Assembly: GCA_002104945.1 (NCBI GenBank)
Contig: MCFH01000009.1
Location: 248,001-312,000 of the forward strand
Source of the DNA: Piromyces finnis finn
Taxonomy: Eukaryota > Fungi > Neocallimastigomycota
Length of the DNA stretch: 64,000 nucleotides
Direction of reading: 5' to 3'
Shown here: positions 11,901 to 30,293 of the stretch, in pieces
Numbering within the stretch: position 1 is the first letter of the stretch
How the letters are laid out: every line of letters begins with the position of its first letter
The notes under the pieces: generated by a model
Databases searched by the model: none
Told to the model about the DNA's origin: nothing
The model's input: the letters and a program-made list of their open reading frames with translations, nothing else
Position numbers and translations under genes: made by a program

Positions 11901-14219
11901 AATACAATTTAACTCAAAAAATATTGATTATAAATAGATAATTCCGATAGATTTTGAATATAAACAAATTTTACTTAATATACTATGTTATCTTTGTCAC
12001 TCAAAAGAAAACATTAACTTGTTATCAGATGTAATAATGTTATTCTTTAGAAAAAATTAATTATCTTAATCATTCTTTTTCTAAACAAAAAAAAATACAT
12101 TTTAATTATAAATATAGTTAGGTTTTTTGGAATTTTCACTAAAATATTTGACATTTGAAAATAATGAATATACAAAATACTTAAATATTATGCAATTAAA
12201 GCAATTTCAACTTCAGGTAATAATTAATATATGGTACTTTTTATTATATATATATATATTAATAATTCTTTTTATTGCCTACTATTATTCTACTATTATT
12301 ATTAAACTTTATAAAGATATTAGATATATTAAATTCGATGCTAAAAGAGAAATCAATATTAAAACGATGGTATAAATGCAATGGATGTCAATATATTTTT
12401 AAATATCTTCCTGATGCAATTTTTAATGAGTCAGGATTATCAGATGGATGTAATATAATTTCATCAACAGTAGGTTTAATACCTTCCACATTGAAAGTAA
12501 TATTATTTATATCTCAATTAGGAATTTATATGAAAACTCATTTAGGAAATTTAGGAATATTTAAAATTGTATTAGGTATTAAATAACTATTTATATAATA
12601 AGTAATATTTAAAAAACTTTGACCAATAATATTTTTTTAATCCCTAGAAATTATAAAAAATAATTCTGACTGTGAAATTATTCAACTTGGATTAATGATA
12701 TGTTCCTCTCTTTGTTATGATTGTATGCAAAATAAGGATATATTTAGTAAGGAAGGAGGTGTTGAAATAATAGCACAAAAATTAAAGTATATACATTTTA
12801 TATAATATAAAAAAAATTTATATATAGATATTAAATAATAATTAAATATTTTTTATAGATATCAAAACCCTAATAAAAACAATGAAAAATTAATATTAAT
12901 ATCAACCATTGATTGTATATGGAAAACAATATGTGGTTGCAAAAAAAGTGAATTTAAATTTTTTGAGAATGAGGGAATAGAATTAATGCTAAATTTGGTT
13001 GAAAATAAAAAGGAAATAAGAAATTATTCAATGGGTTGTTTGTTGGATTTAATGGAAAATATTAATGTAATAAATAAATTAATTAAATGCAATATAAAAT
13101 CAATTTATTTTATATATAAAGTAATTTACATAGAGTATTTCATATTTAATAGGCGAGATCCTATATGTTGTTGTGGAGAAGCACTAATAATAGCAGTATT
13201 GGAGTTGAGCAATTGTTAATAAATTTATGGATTGAAATAGAAAATAGTATAGGAGGTTAGATTTAATATTTTCTTAAAAAATTTCTTTATAAAAATTTAG
13301 TAATAATATATCAACTTTTATTAAACATATTTAGTGAGTAAAATAAATAATAACATAATTTCAAATACTCAAAATCCTCTACATTCCGATAAATATGAGA
13401 GAGATAATGTAAATAATTAGAACATATAATAATATTATTATTGATATAAAGATAATAATAAATATTAAAATTATTTTATTCTAAAGGTAAAATTAAAAGA
13501 AAACATAGAATTGAATGAGAGTTGCGCGATTAATGAAATGAAGGAAGATTGCAGGGTAACTATTTAATAAATTTATTATTTTTACCATTAAAAAAGAATG
13601 TTTAAATTAACTGGCTTTTATTTTACTATAAAGGTTAAAATTTTCTCAATGTTTGAAATTTTAGGATTTGACACCTTTGATAGTACATTAACTATTGATC
13701 AAAAAATTTATTTAGAATATGTACATATAATTAATATCTTAATTTTATATTTCATAAAATATTATCCATATAATTTGAATAAATTATTTATTATAAAATT
13801 TTAACTTTTGTAAATAAAAGATTAAAAAATTTTTAGATTTTAAAATTGGTGAAATTTGGGATGAAATAATAGATGAATTAAATATACGAGGAATTAGACC
13901 TATAACGCCTGACAATGATTACATTATGGCTATTCATTGCTCATTAAATAAAAAGGGTGAAAATGTGCAAAAATTCCAACAAGAATTAACTAATATGAAA
14001 AATAAAGTAAAAATATTAAAGTTTTAACAATTTAATTAAGAATCAAATAAAAATATATTAATATTTTTTTTTTAACTTAAATTATGATAGTTACAAATGA
14101 CCGAAAATAATTACTTCATGGAGGAATTACAACAAATAGAAAGAATTAAATATGAATCATTAGAAAGAGAAAAATACCAAAACAAAATTAAACAAGCATT
14201 TAAAAGTCAAAACAAATAA
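8951..14219 (+). CDS. CFAP69: Cilia- and flagella-associated protein 69 (ARM-like, many introns, one AT-AC)
   Basis: Spliced segments NIRNDLVT, PIDFEYKQILLNILCYLC, GCLLDLMEN, LLINLWIEIENSIG and DFKIGEIWDEIIDELNIRGIRPITPD match recalled CFAP69 motifs. Exon phases join consistently where checked. Confidence 0.85.
11596..11712 (+). other. AT-AC (U12-type) intron in CFAP69, 117 nt, phase 0
   Basis: GTT ACA|ATATCCTTTTTAT ... TCTTTAACTT (11677-86) ... AATATAC|TTT TTT TCG AGA. Removing it joins RNDLVT to FFSRILEIT in an open frame that ends at the next GT donor in phase 0. Confidence 0.85.
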
Positions 14220-14573
14220 AAAATAATATGTTTTGTAATTAATATATATAGTTTAGTACTTTTTATTCTTTTTTTTTTTTTTCATTTATTTCCCCTCCAT
14301 AAAATTTGGTGTAATAGGATAAATATTTATTAATAAATAGTATGATATATTTTGCTCCGCTCTAAAAAAAAAAAAAAAGAAATGTTACATATTCCTTAAT
14401 ATTTTATATTTTATTGTACATAAAATTATTTAAAAAAATAAAATATCATTAATTATTAAAGTTTAAATCATTTAATAAAAAAAAAAAATAAAAAATAAAA
14501 AATATAAATTTTTAATATAAAACTTGTGTTTATTATTAAAATTATATTTAATAATTTATTATAATTTTTGAAA

Positions 14574-19164
<4,591 letters not shown>

Positions 19165-19598
19165 TGATATATATTTAATTGCATTTAACTCTTTATTTCA
19201 CATATTATACATATTTATATAAATTAATAAATAATTATTAATAAATTTTATTTTATTTTATTTCTTATTTTTAAAAAAAAAGTTTTATATTAAACTTTTT
19301 AAATTTATTAATAATCATTACTTTAATTATAATAATTTAATTAAAAACATTATAAATTTTTCATTTATAATTCTAATTTACTTTTATATTAGGAGCTGTT
19401 CTAAATAATAATATAAATACATCTATAATATAAAAATTAAATTATTATAATGAACAAAAGAAAAAAAAAAAATTTATAAATAAAATATTAATAAGAAAAG
19501 ATAGAAAAATTAATATTTTATGTAAAAATTATTTGATTTCTTTTCATATTTATGATTTTTGAGATTTGTAATTATTATTATTGAATTATTATTATTGG

Positions 19599-19640
<42 letters not shown>

Positions 19641-19860
19641 GCTATTATTGTTATTATTGTTATTATTATTGTTGTTATTTTTATTATGATTATAATAATG
19701 ATATTCCTTTTTTATTATTATTTTTTAGTATATATTATATTTTTAATATTAAATATTAATTATATTTTATTTTTTATTTAAATTATATTTTGTTTTATTT
19801 CTAATTTATTTCCTTAATATTTTACTTATTGAAAACTATTAAACATATCTTTCCATTAAA

Positions 19861-22800
19861 TTAATTTGATGATGATTTTGCTTTATCTAACTCTTCTTTA
19901 AGAACCATGTTTTTCGTTGTTAATTCCTATTTTTTTTTTTTTTTATTTTTTTAATATTAAATATATAGAGATTAATAGTTATTACTTTTAATTTTAAATA
20001 ATTTTTGTTTCATTATAAATTTAAATAGTTACTTCTACAAGTTTTTGTAATTTTTGATTGATTTGTGTAACAATTAATGGATCCGTTTTTTGTAATAATT
20101 TTTGGTTTGATAATATACCAATATTAAATAACTATAAATTATAAAAAACACATTTTAGAAATTTTGTTTTATTGCTTAATTAATTATATTCTATTTTTAC
20201 CTTTGGTTTATTAACATTATCTGGTTGCAATTCAGCTATTATTATTTATTATAATTTAGTATTGTTTAATAATGTTGTTACAATTATAATATAAATATTA
20301 CTATAATTTTACCTGAATGTTCTTGTAATATATATTGTTGTAATATTTTTGATTTTGTTGATAATTCTTCATTTAACTTTTTGTTTCTTAGTAGAAGAAC
20401 TTTTATTTTTTCTTCTGGAGTTAATTTACGTTTTGTTGTTTTTGCTGAAGAATTGCTAAATGTTGATTCTGGAGTTGGACTTTCTAGTAAAGGTGAAGAA
20501 CTTAATGGCTCAATTGTTTTTGATGCTTTTCTTACATATGATGAAGATGCGCTATACGAACTTTGATTATCAGACTTGTAAAAAAAAAAAAAAAAAAAAA
20601 AAAGATAATTTAATATATATAAAAAAAACAAATATTAATTTATAGTAAAATCTTACAATCTCTTGATTATTAATATGATTTGAAGATTTCATCGGTAATT
20701 CAACAAGTTTTGGTGAAGAATAAGATGGATTAGGGGATGCCATTGTTGAAATTGAGTCTGTACTATCACCTGATTTTATTTGAGATTTTCTTTCTTTAAT
20801 TAACTGCTTTTGTAAATCTTTAATCTATATATATAATTAAATATCAAAGTTATATAATGAGTAATCAATAATATATAATTATATAATCATATGATTTAAA
20901 ATAATTATTTTATATTTTTATTAAATAGCATATTACCACTTGAATTTTCTTTCTATCTGAAACACGTAATTCATTTTCAGTTTCATGCCATTTGTTCTCT
21001 AATTCCTTATTTTCTTTGATTAATAATTCATTTTTTTCAGATATATTTTTAATTTCTTTAGACATTGTTTCTGATTCTTCTTTTAATTTTCTCAATTCAA
21101 TTTCTTCTTCTTCTTTGATTTTTGTTATTTCTTCAAGTTGTTTCTTGGAGTTTTTGTATAGGTATTCTAATTCATTAATCTTTTTTACACTTTCTTCATT
21201 TGTTTGTGATAATTCAACTGCTTTTTTTTTAAATTCCTTTACCATTTCTTGACTTTCTAATATATTCTTTGAATTACGATCACAATTAGCCTTTGATACA
21301 TCAAATTCCTTTAATAATGTATTATATTTAGAATTTAATGTTTCGTATTTTTCATTTAATTTTGAATGATTCTCTTTAACTTGCTCAAGTTCTTCCTGAT
21401 TCATTAACATTGTTGCTTGTATACTTTCGGTTTGACGAGCTTTAATATTAAACTTTTCTTCTAATGAATAATTTTCTCTCATTAATTCATCTATTTTCTG
21501 TCTTACTCTATTTATTTCACTTTCTTTTGTCATAAATTCTTCATCAAATCTTTTTGATAAATCAACTTTAGCTTTTTCGATTACAGAGATATGATCTTTA
21601 TACTGATCAATTTCATCTAATAACACACGCTTTTCATTTATAATTCTTGTCTCGTAATTGTTTATCTCTTCTCTAGCTTTATTTAACTCTATAGTTATAT
21701 TGTTGTTTATTTTTTGGTAATTTTCAGCTTCCTCTTGTTTTTGACGACATTTAGTATTACTTTTTGCTAAATCATATCTTATATTTGCTAAATCCTTAGA
21801 CATAACCTCATTTTCTTTCGATAACTTTTCGATTTTTGCATCTTTTTCTTTGTTGGTAGTGTAATGTTCATCTAAAATTCGATTAATTTCAATTTCAAAT
21901 TCATCGTGAAGAACCTTTTCTAATTGTAATTTTTCATTTTCAAATCCAGCTCTTAAACTTTTAACAAAAGCTTGTTTTTCTTCTACCATTTGATTTTCTA
22001 TTTGTTGTTTAATTTCCATTCTAGCTTCTGATATACGTTTTTCTAATTCTTCATTGGTTATTTGATTGTGGTTGTTACTACTATTGTCAATTACATCAAC
22101 ATTACTATTATTATTTTTATCATCTTTTGTTTTATTTTCATTAGTATCAATCTCATCAATTTTATTTTCATCGTCGGTATTAACATTAGTATTTACATTT
22201 ACAACATTATTATTATTTTCTTGTTGACTTTCATCATATTCAATTTTTTCACCTTGATTATATATTGATTTATTCATTTGGATATCGTAACAAAGCTTGT
22301 TTGAGAGTTCATTAAATTCTTTCACACTATCTTCATGAATATTCTTAATTTCATTTTTTAACTTATCAAATTCTTCTATATTAAAGGTATTATTTTTGGT
22401 AATTTTATTGTTTTCCTCCAATTCTTCTTTGTACTGATTTTCATATTTTTCCATAATAAAATCAAATTTATTATTGTATAATTTATTGAATTCCTGTACT
22501 GATGAGGAATTCTTTGACATTATTGGATTTAACCCAAAATTATTTTCTGTATATTCTCTTACTAAACCTTTAATATTATTATCATAAATTTCATCAATAC
22601 TAATATTAATGTTATCTATTTTATCTTCATTATAGTTTAACTCATTTACATTTAATTTTTCTTTTAATTTGTTAATATTTGTATTAAGTTTATTAATATT
22701 CTCTTCAAAACTTTTAATTATTTCATTATAAAAAATATTTACTTCAACTTCAGATAATTCATTTATATCAATTGGGGTATCATTTGTTTTTTTAATATTT

Positions 22801-24132
22801 TCAATATCTTTTGTATCATCTGTTCCATTATTATCATCATCATTACTATTATTATTAATATCGTTATTATTATTTTCTTCAATTTCGTTATTTTCTTCAT
22901 CATCATTATTTGCTTCTATTTTTTCATTTAAAGTATTATTTTCCTTTTTTTTGTTTTTATCTTGAAAATTATTAACTTTTCTCATTAACTCTTGCTTTTC
23001 ATTGGTAATTTCTATCATAAGTTCAGCTAACTCAGAACTTAGGTTTTTATTTTGACTAATTATATTTTCATAATCGGTTTTGAAATCAAGAAATTTTTGT
23101 TTTTCAATAAAATTGTTATTAATATGTTGGGAAAACTTTTCAATTGTTGTTTGTTTTAATTCATTTAAGTAGTTATTAACATTTAATATGACTTTTCCTA
23201 TTTCTTCAGATTCTAAATCCTTATATTGTAATATAGAATAATTGTTATTTAAAAACTTTATTTCTTCTTTAAAATTTTGAAAAATCTTTAATGAAGAAAT
23301 TCTATCATTATCAGATATATTATCAAAAGTAGAGAGTTTAAAATTATTAATATGGTCATTTATATTACTCAAATCTGATATATGTTTCTCCTTTAATTTT
23401 TCAATTGAATTAATAAAATTTTTAATTTCATCTCCACCTATTATTAATAGTTTAAAAATAAATATAAAGTATTTAGTTAATGAAATATTATTTTAATACA
23501 TTTTCTAAAATAATAAAAATTAATTTATATTTTAAAAACCTTGAATTGAATTTTCAGTATTTTTTCCCTGTATCTTTTTTTTTTTCATAATGAAGATATA
23601 TATATATATATAAATAATAAGAAATTATATTAGAATCACAATTTTAACTTTTAAAATGAGTTTTTTTTTTTTATTTTTCTTTACATTAATTTTATTATTA
23701 TTTTGATTTTCTTCATTTAATTTGTAATTGTTTAATTCTGATTTTAGAATTGAAATTTCATTATCAAATTTATTTGTTAATGAATGAATATGATTTTTTA
23801 AAGCTTCATTCTATTATAATATATATATGAAATAATAAATTATTTGATTTTAATAAATATATATAAAAATAATAACTAGTAATATAACAAATTTTAATAT
23901 ATTATTAAATTAATACTTGAACTCTGAAATCATTTAAAAGTTCAATTTCAGCTTTTAGTTTTTCATTCTCGTCTGCTAAATTTCCCTTTTTTAAAGTATT
24001 TAAAAAACTATTTATCCCTGCACCTTTTTATATGTTATGTTTTTATATATAAGGTAATTCATTAGAGTTACAAATATAAATTTTTAATTAAATTTTATAT
24101 ATAATAAAAATTTGATTTCAAATATTTAGAGG

Positions 24133-24172
<40 letters not shown>

Positions 24173-24585
24173 TACTTGCTTTATCTTTTAATTTTGATTC
24201 TTTTTCTTTCTCAAGTTCTATATTTTATTTTATTTTATTTTTAAATAAAAAAGTATATAATTAAATCAATATTATAATAATTTTTACAATAATAAATACT
24301 GATGTAATTTATTATATATTATACTATATATATTGTTTATCTATGTTATTTTATAAACCTTTTGTTAATTTTTCAATTTGTTTTTTATAATCAAAAGTTT
24401 GGCTTATTGTATTTTGTAACTTTAAATATGTTATTAAAAATGGATATATATAATATTCATTTATCATTAAAATTATTATAAATAAAAAAATTTCAATTAT
24501 ACATAATTATTATTAAAAATAATAAAAAAAAAAAAACCTTTTCTTGAAGTGCATTGAATTCCTCAATACTTATTGCATTACTCAT
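19861..24585 (-). CDS. Long coiled-coil protein, GRIPAP1/GRASP-1-like
   Basis: Spliced N-terminus MSNAISIEEFNALQEK...LADENEKLKAEIELLNDFRVQNEAL. C-terminus KSKILQQYIL...TQINQKLQKLVEELTTKNMVLKEEL. These resemble recalled GRIPAP1 termini ([47 protein letters not shown]). A ~2.5-kb central exon contains ORF 20910..23372. Confidence 0.6.
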
Positions 24586-24972
24586 TATCAAATTTTTTAT
24601 TTATTGAAATAGTGAAGGTCTATAATATAAGAAATTGAATAATGGTTAAAAAATAAATTAATTTTCTTTTATTATAAACTCAAGAAATAAAAAACAAAAA
24701 AAAAATAATAATATTAATATTAATAAAATAAATAATTTATAAAATATTATTTAAAAATTTTATTATAAATAATTCAATAAATGAATGTATACAGATATGT
24801 ATTGTATTATATATAATAATATAAATTTTGTGAATTATTAAAGAATTATTAAAAAATTATTTTTTAAATCAAATAATATAATTCAATTAATTTATAATGA
24901 AATTATGAAGAATAATTTGTAGTACAAGAATATAACACGTGATATGATCTATAACTTTAATTATATATATTT

Positions 24973-25004
<32 letters not shown>

Positions 25005-25063
25005 TTATTTTTATTTATTTATTTATTTATTTATAAATGCTTTTCTTCAGAATTTTTATAAAC

Positions 25064-26941
25064 TTATTTAGTTTTTTTTGTATTCTTATATCCTTTTTTA
25101 TTTATTTCATTGAAATAATCCAAAAATTCCTGCTTATCTTTAGCACCTAAACCAGTTTTACGAATACGAAGGACTTGTCCAATAAGCTTACTTATGTGAG
25201 CACCTAATTGACCTTCAACAATTGAATTTGGTAAATCGGCTTGAGCTGCAATATCATTAAATTGAGATTCTTCGGCTGATAAATATTTTACACTCATTGA
25301 ATGATGAAGCTGTTTTTACATTATTTTAATATATAAATATAAATTAATAATGATCTTTTTTATTTCATATTATTTATAATTTTTTAAAATTTTTTTATTT
25401 ACTTTAGTACAAAGATTGTATAAATGACCAAACTTAGATCCAACGGTATAAGATATATTGTATCCTGAAAATTGATATCTTTATTTCATTATTGAATAAT
25501 TTATATTATATTAATTATATTAATTATAGGTATTTTGAAAGAAATCAAAAAAGTATTTGATATTTTATTAACATTACTTAATTGAGTATACATGAAGTAC
25601 TAATTCATCTTTAGAGGTAAAATCTTTAAAAACAGGAAGGAATTTTAATAAACCTTTTCCATTTGTTGTCGTTCCCTTATATGATTAAATAGTTAGATAG
25701 TTTAACATTTCATAAAAATATATAATGTATTATATAAAATTCTTTATTTACCTCTGGGAAAACAACAACTGGACCTGATTTCTTTTCTTTTGCTTCTTTT
25801 ATAATATCTTTCAAAGAAGAAGCACCTTCTTCTTCTTTTAATTCTGGATATGAGCCATTAATCTTAATTGCCTCTAAAAAACTAATTGGCTTAACTTTTC
25901 CATTTTCAAAAATTTTAATAAATATTGGATTATACCTATAATTTTATTATGAAAATAATTAGAATTTAAATAAAAATTGACATTAAAGATAAAATTATAA
26001 AAACTTACTTGAATAAAAAGTAAATAACATCAACATAAGATTGGCAATTACAAACAATAACATCACCATGAGAAACTTTAGTAATTTCTTTTTTGGCATG
26101 TTTACGTCTATTTTTTTATAGTATATCGAATAATATTAAATTAATTTTCATTTCAATTCCAGAATTAGAGAATTAAGTAAAGATAAAAATTAAAAATTCA
26201 ATTTATAAAAAATAAAAAATATAACAAAATTAGTATGTCTATTATGCTTATTTTATTATATAATATTTATTTAAATTACCCTCTAGTTAAAGTAACTTTC
26301 TGTGAATTAATCCAATTAAATCCCATATAAAATAATACCATTCTTGTTTCCAAAGTAAAAAGAATTTTACCAAGTAACCATTTAATAGAATCAATTGGTA
26401 TCTTTAAATATTTAAAATAGAAAACATTAAAAAGGTTTTCGTTAGAAAAATATTCATATAAATTTTAGAAAAAAAAAAAAATCTAAAATGATATTGTACT
26501 TACAAGTTTTATTATAATATTTTGAATTAAATACATAATAAATACAATGAATATAAGTGAAAGTCTTATTATTGCTAATGGTGGTCCAATTATAAAAGTA
26601 TTTAAAAAAAATAAAATTCCATCTAAAGCAGAATTAGATTTTGGAGGCTATTTCATTTTTTTTTTTTTTTTTTTTTATTTCATTTTAAAATCAACAATAG
26701 GATATTTAAAATGACAATTGATTAATAAATAAATATAGTGTTTATTGTTATTGTTTTTATTATTTTTTATAAGAAATTAAAATTACTTTCAAAGGTAAAA
26801 AAGGCTGTATACCAGTTCCTAAGGATATTTAAAGATATTAAAAAAAAGTTATTAAAAAGTTTTATCATTATTATTTCTTATTATTTATATTATATATTAT
26901 ATTAGCTAACCCGAATCTCTCCAATGAGAATACTTTTCCAT
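25064..26941 (-). CDS. LOA1: Lysophosphatidic acid acyltransferase, LOA1/VPS66 family
   Basis: Spliced MEKYSHWRDSGTGIQPFLP, acyltransferase motifs GDVIVCNCQSYVDVIY and GPVVVFPEGTTTNGKGLLKF, C-terminal RIRKTGLGAKDKQEF. Confidence 0.88.
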
Positions 26942-27226
26942 TTTAAATATTTAATTATTTTATTTTTATTTTATTTTTTAATATTTTTTTTTACAATTAT
27001 TTTTTTTATAAGAAATATTTTAAATATTTAAAATAATAAATTCTAAATCCATCTTCATTTTTACAATTAAAAAACCAATAAAATTTTAGGAAAATACTCC
27101 ATTTAATTATTATCTTTTTATAATATTATTTATTTATATTATTTTATTATTTTGTTATTATATTAATATATTTTAATTGTTACCAGTATTTTTTTGATTA
27201 TAATAAATATTATTTAACAGTAACCC

Positions 27227-27230
<4 letters not shown>

Positions 27231-27291
<61 letters not shown>
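27231..27291. repeat. (ATT)~20 microsatellite in the LOA1/LRRC34 divergent intergenic region
   Basis: Pure trinucleotide run seen directly. Confidence 0.9.
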
Positions 27292-27391
27292 TTAAATTTA
27301 ATTAAAATTAAAGTTAAAATAACTTACTATAATAAATAAATAAAAACATTTATAAAAAAATTAAAATATATTCTTAAATTTAATAAAAAAA

Positions 27392-29330
27392 ATGAATACA
27401 GAGTTAGATAAAGAAGTAGCTAACTATATAAATTCGTATCAAGAATTTTGTAAAAGTAATAACATCGAATTAAGAAAAGAACTCATTACCTTTATAGCAA
27501 ATCAAAAAAATGCTGGGTAATCATACTATTAATAATCCTAAAAAAAAATAATAATAAAAGCATTCCTAAACTTTATATATTTTTCAATAATTCATTAGTG
27601 TAATACCAAACGAATTCATATTTAAAGGAAATGGAGAAGATCTACGTAAAAAAAGAATTAGTGATGAACAAGTTTTAGGAATTTTCAAGCCTCTTGTATA
27701 TACATCATTTTTAAAAATAATTGATCTTCGATTTAATATAATATCTGATAAAGGAGCAGAAACTATTGCAAGATTTTTATTGGTATATTATAAAATATGA
27801 AATATTTAGTATTGACTTAATAAATATTAATTTTTTTCACTATTTATATAAATAGGATAATAAATCAGTTGAATCATTAATTTTACAGTCTAATGATATT
27901 GGTTCACATGGAGCAGCATGTATATCAAAGGCATTACACATTAATGAATACATTAAACATTTAGATATTAGTTGTAATCCAATTGGTCAAGAAGGGGGAA
28001 TGGCGATTGCTTCAATGCTTCAAGTAATAAATATAGATCTATAGAATTAATTATTAATTCATATACATTAATTATTGAAAAAAATATATATATATATAAT
28101 ATAAATCATATTATGTAAATTAGATTAATACCACCCTAAAAAAATTGGAAATTTATTCCTGCTCTTTGAATTCTGTTGCTATAATTGCATTAGCTACAGT
28201 TTTGCGTAATAATACTTCTTTAGATTATATTGATTTTTCAGATAATTTCCAAAATACACATAATTTAACACAAAGTGTCCAAAATGCCATGATGCTTCAC
28301 ATCTCAAATATGATAAAATATAATAATAATGTCAGCGACTTAAGAATGAGAAAAATGTGTATAACTGATTGGGCAATGGTAGACTTTTTAGAAAAAACCA
28401 TTAAAATTAATACAGTTTTGAATGTACTAGATTTAAGCAGGTAGAAATTTGTATTATATATTTTATAACATTAATAATATATATTATTGATATGCTACAA
28501 CTATTTTTTAAAAATAATTAATTTTTTATATTTAATCTTTTGATTAAATACTAAATATAATTAAAAAAAAAAATAATAACAATAGCAATAAATTAACAAG
28601 AGATGGGTGTGTTGCATTATGTGCAGCTTTACAAAAGCATAATTCGTTAAAATCCCTTCGATTATCTCATTGTACAGTTCAAGATGAAGGTGCAGATGCT
28701 GTTAAAGAATTATTACTTGTGAATAATGTAATTGAAAGGTAAAATAATAATAATAAAAGATAATATCGACAGATAATATATAATATATTAAAATATTTAT
28801 TATTATTCTTTTGAAACATAGTATATATCTTGATTATAATAAAATTACAAGAATAGGAATAAAATGTATAGCTGATGCCTTAAAAATTAATAAAACTTTA
28901 AAAGTTTTATTATTATGGGGAAATATCTGGGATACTGAAGCATGCAATGTAACAATTAAATGATCATTAGCAATACATATAATTTTACTAATGAAAAAGA
29001 AAAAAAAAACACTAAACAATAAATATATATAAGATATTCGTTCATTTGTTAGGTGGTCCTGTAATATCTTTAAAGTGTGAACCAAATGCCGATAGAACTA
29101 TTCCAAAACATTACGATAAAAGTGGTCCTATTAGAAAATATGTAAATTATCCAGAGGTTCATAATATTGATGGTGAATCACACTATTTATATAATAATTT
29201 CTATATACCATGTCAACTTGCTGATAGAGAACATCCATTATCAAGAATTCATCCAGACAATACAGATATTGTATTTTATGAAGTTGAGGGTGTTCTTAAT
29301 GTTGCAAGAAATAACGTTAATATTGAATAA
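27392..29330 (+). CDS. LRRC34: Leucine-rich repeat protein 34-like (RI-type LRR, cilia-associated family)
   Basis: RI-type LRRs (IDLRFNIISDKGA, LQSNDIGSHGA, LDISCNPIGQEGGMAIASMLQINTTLKKL, LDLSSNKLTRDG, LWGNIWD). C-terminal IHPDNTDIVFYEVEGVLNVA resembles the LRRC34 tail LKPDNTDVEPFVVDG. Confidence 0.78.
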
Positions 29331-30037
29331 AAGCTTAAACCATAAAATAGCTTTTTATATTTTAGTTATTATTATTTTATTATCATATACTACATATACA
29401 TATATATAAATCAATTATTTTACATATATTAAAATTTCACAAATTAGTATATTTTAAAGAAGACACAAATATTATTCATTTTTCATTAAATATATAAATA
29501 AACAATTATATAGTAAAAATAAATAAATTTCAAAATAAAAATAGTATTAAATCTTTTAAATATTAATCTTATAACATCATTATATCTTACTCATCTTCTA
29601 TTAATAATATGTATTAAAAAAATTTATAAAAAAAAAAGAAAGAGAAAGTGAAAAAAAATTTTGTTTATAAAATAATTTTTTATTTATTAATTTATTAATA
29701 TAATTTATTTGCTTTTTTTTTTTTTTTAATAATTTAAATAAATATTGGTTATATAAATAAAAATTTAAAAAAAAAAATATTTGTTATTATTTCATTTGTT
29801 TACTTATATTTATTTTTTTTTTTTTTTGTTGTTGTTGTTGTAGCAATTTTTATTTATTTATTAAATAATTTAATACAGCTAAGTTCATATTATTTTTATG
29901 AAAGATAATTAATAATACTTCTATCATGTAATAAATATTTATATAAATAAATTTCTATATATTTTGTTTGTTTCGTTTTGTTTCGTTCTTTGCTTTATTT
30001 TGTTTTGTTTTGTTTTGTTTGCTTTTGATTTTTTTTT

Positions 30038-30070
<33 letters not shown>

Positions 30071-30293
30071 TGTTTTTTAATTTTTATTTTTGCTTTTATT
30101 TTTGTTTGTTTATTCTTATAAACTATTTTATTTTATTGATTTTTTGAATTATTATTTTAGCTATTCTTTTATTCTTTCATTTAAGTATTTTTTTTTTTTT
30201 TAATAATTTAATACAGACTAATTTGTATTATTTTTGGAAAAATAATCATGATGTTTTCATTATGTATTATGTATTAATTGTAATGTTCATTTA

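Noticed and set aside
25088-25097. Other ATATCCTT matches (also 44281 and 57421)
   Set aside because: 25088 and 57421 lie antisense within coding exons. 44281 lies inside an ordinary GTAATT...AG intron.
27175-27230. RFX X-box in ciliary gene promoters
   Set aside because: Only separated half-sites (GTTACCAG, AGTAAC) are present upstream of LRRC34, and no convincing full site was seen upstream of CFAP69 or DRC7.
29960-30115. (TTTTG)n-rich tract between the convergent LRRC34 and GDPD-like genes
   Set aside because: Degenerate simple repeat typical of this genome, with no higher-order periodicity or CRISPR-like spacers.
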